Shown: positions 63,456 to 64,000 of the stretch, piece by piece
How positions within the stretch are numbered: the stretch's first letter is position 1
Layout of the letters: every line of letters begins with the position of its first letter
The notes under the pieces: model-generated
Told to the model about the DNA's origin: nothing
The model's input: the letters and a program-made list of their open reading frames with translations, nothing else
The model's database searches: none
Assembly: GCA_050273025.1 (NCBI GenBank)
Contig: CP158635.1
Location: forward strand, 7,812,001 to 7,876,000
Length of the DNA stretch: 64,000 nt
Origin: Cenococcum geophilum
Lineage: Eukaryota
Direction of reading: 5' to 3'
Program-made: the position numbers and the translations under genes

Positions 63456-64000
63456 TGTTCGTACTAATTTAATAGTACGAGTGAGTCATATCCCGGGGCA
63501 CGAAATACGTATAGTATTGTATGCTCTTTAGGATAGTGGTAACTGTCTCTTGTATTAAAGCAGACTATGTGGTCTATATACTAATACAACCTCCCCCTAA
63601 TTAGTTAGTACTTCAGGGGTGCACCAAACGCGTAAACGCGTAGTTGGTGTACCGAACGCGTAAGCACGCGGTTGGTATAACAGGTGCTGTAATTATATAC
63701 TAGCGGTACTTAAAAAATGAAACCACCTGTGTACAGCCTCCGTAATTGTTTTAATAGAACCGTAAAACATAAAAGAAATACATAGGAAATCTCTCCCAAG
63801 GTGCCTTCTAGGCTGCCTTCCAGACGGTACTTTAAGCTGGCCGTAAGTCCTGCTTACGGTTTGTAAAGTAAACTATACGGCCTTTTAACGGGCCGTAAAT
63901 AAACCGTACGGCCTTCCGACGGGCCGCAAATGAACCATAAGTGCTCCGTTAGTTACGTTCCACCTATTTTATAACCTTTAGATTAAGCTTATTTGTGTTA
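63456..64000 (-). mobile_element. Probable 3' LTR (~63456-63588) and 3' region of a minus-strand LTR element running off the window
   Basis: TG..CA segment followed by ACCTCCCCCT (reverse complement of PPT AGGGGGAGGT). It interrupts the Gypsy relic abruptly. Confidence 0.55.

Noticed and set aside
1..64000. Starship giant transposon as carrier of the accessory genes
   Set aside because: No tyrosine-recombinase (DUF3435) captain or element boundary is recognisable inside this window. It could lie outside.

Overview
Repeat-rich window from a filamentous ascomycete fungus. The evidence is GT..AG introns with CTRAC-like branch sites and strong RIP-type C>T/G>A decay of all transposons. Most of the window is nested, RIP-inactivated mobile DNA: Copia and Gypsy/chromovirus LTR retrotransposons, Tad1-like LINEs, a PIF/Harbinger (PHIS)-type element, an hAT transposase relic, TA-TSD MITEs, a 9-bp-TSD non-autonomous element and minisatellite arrays. 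Many boundaries are fixed to the base by TSDs. Only short non-RIPed unique islands remain (about 0.3-3.2 kb, 12.3-13.1 kb and 18.7-22.4 kb). The first island holds an intact, intronless RelA/SpoT-type (small alarmone synthetase-like) gene. It lies head-to-head, about 300 bp apart, with a CorA-like membrane channel gene that is now a pseudogene split by a 9-kb Copia nest in its intron. This synthetase + CorA pair is the best candidate for an undescribed fungal nucleotide-signalling or cell-death/defence module. The functional link is inference only. An orphan multi-exon gene lies at about 19.9-21.1 kb.
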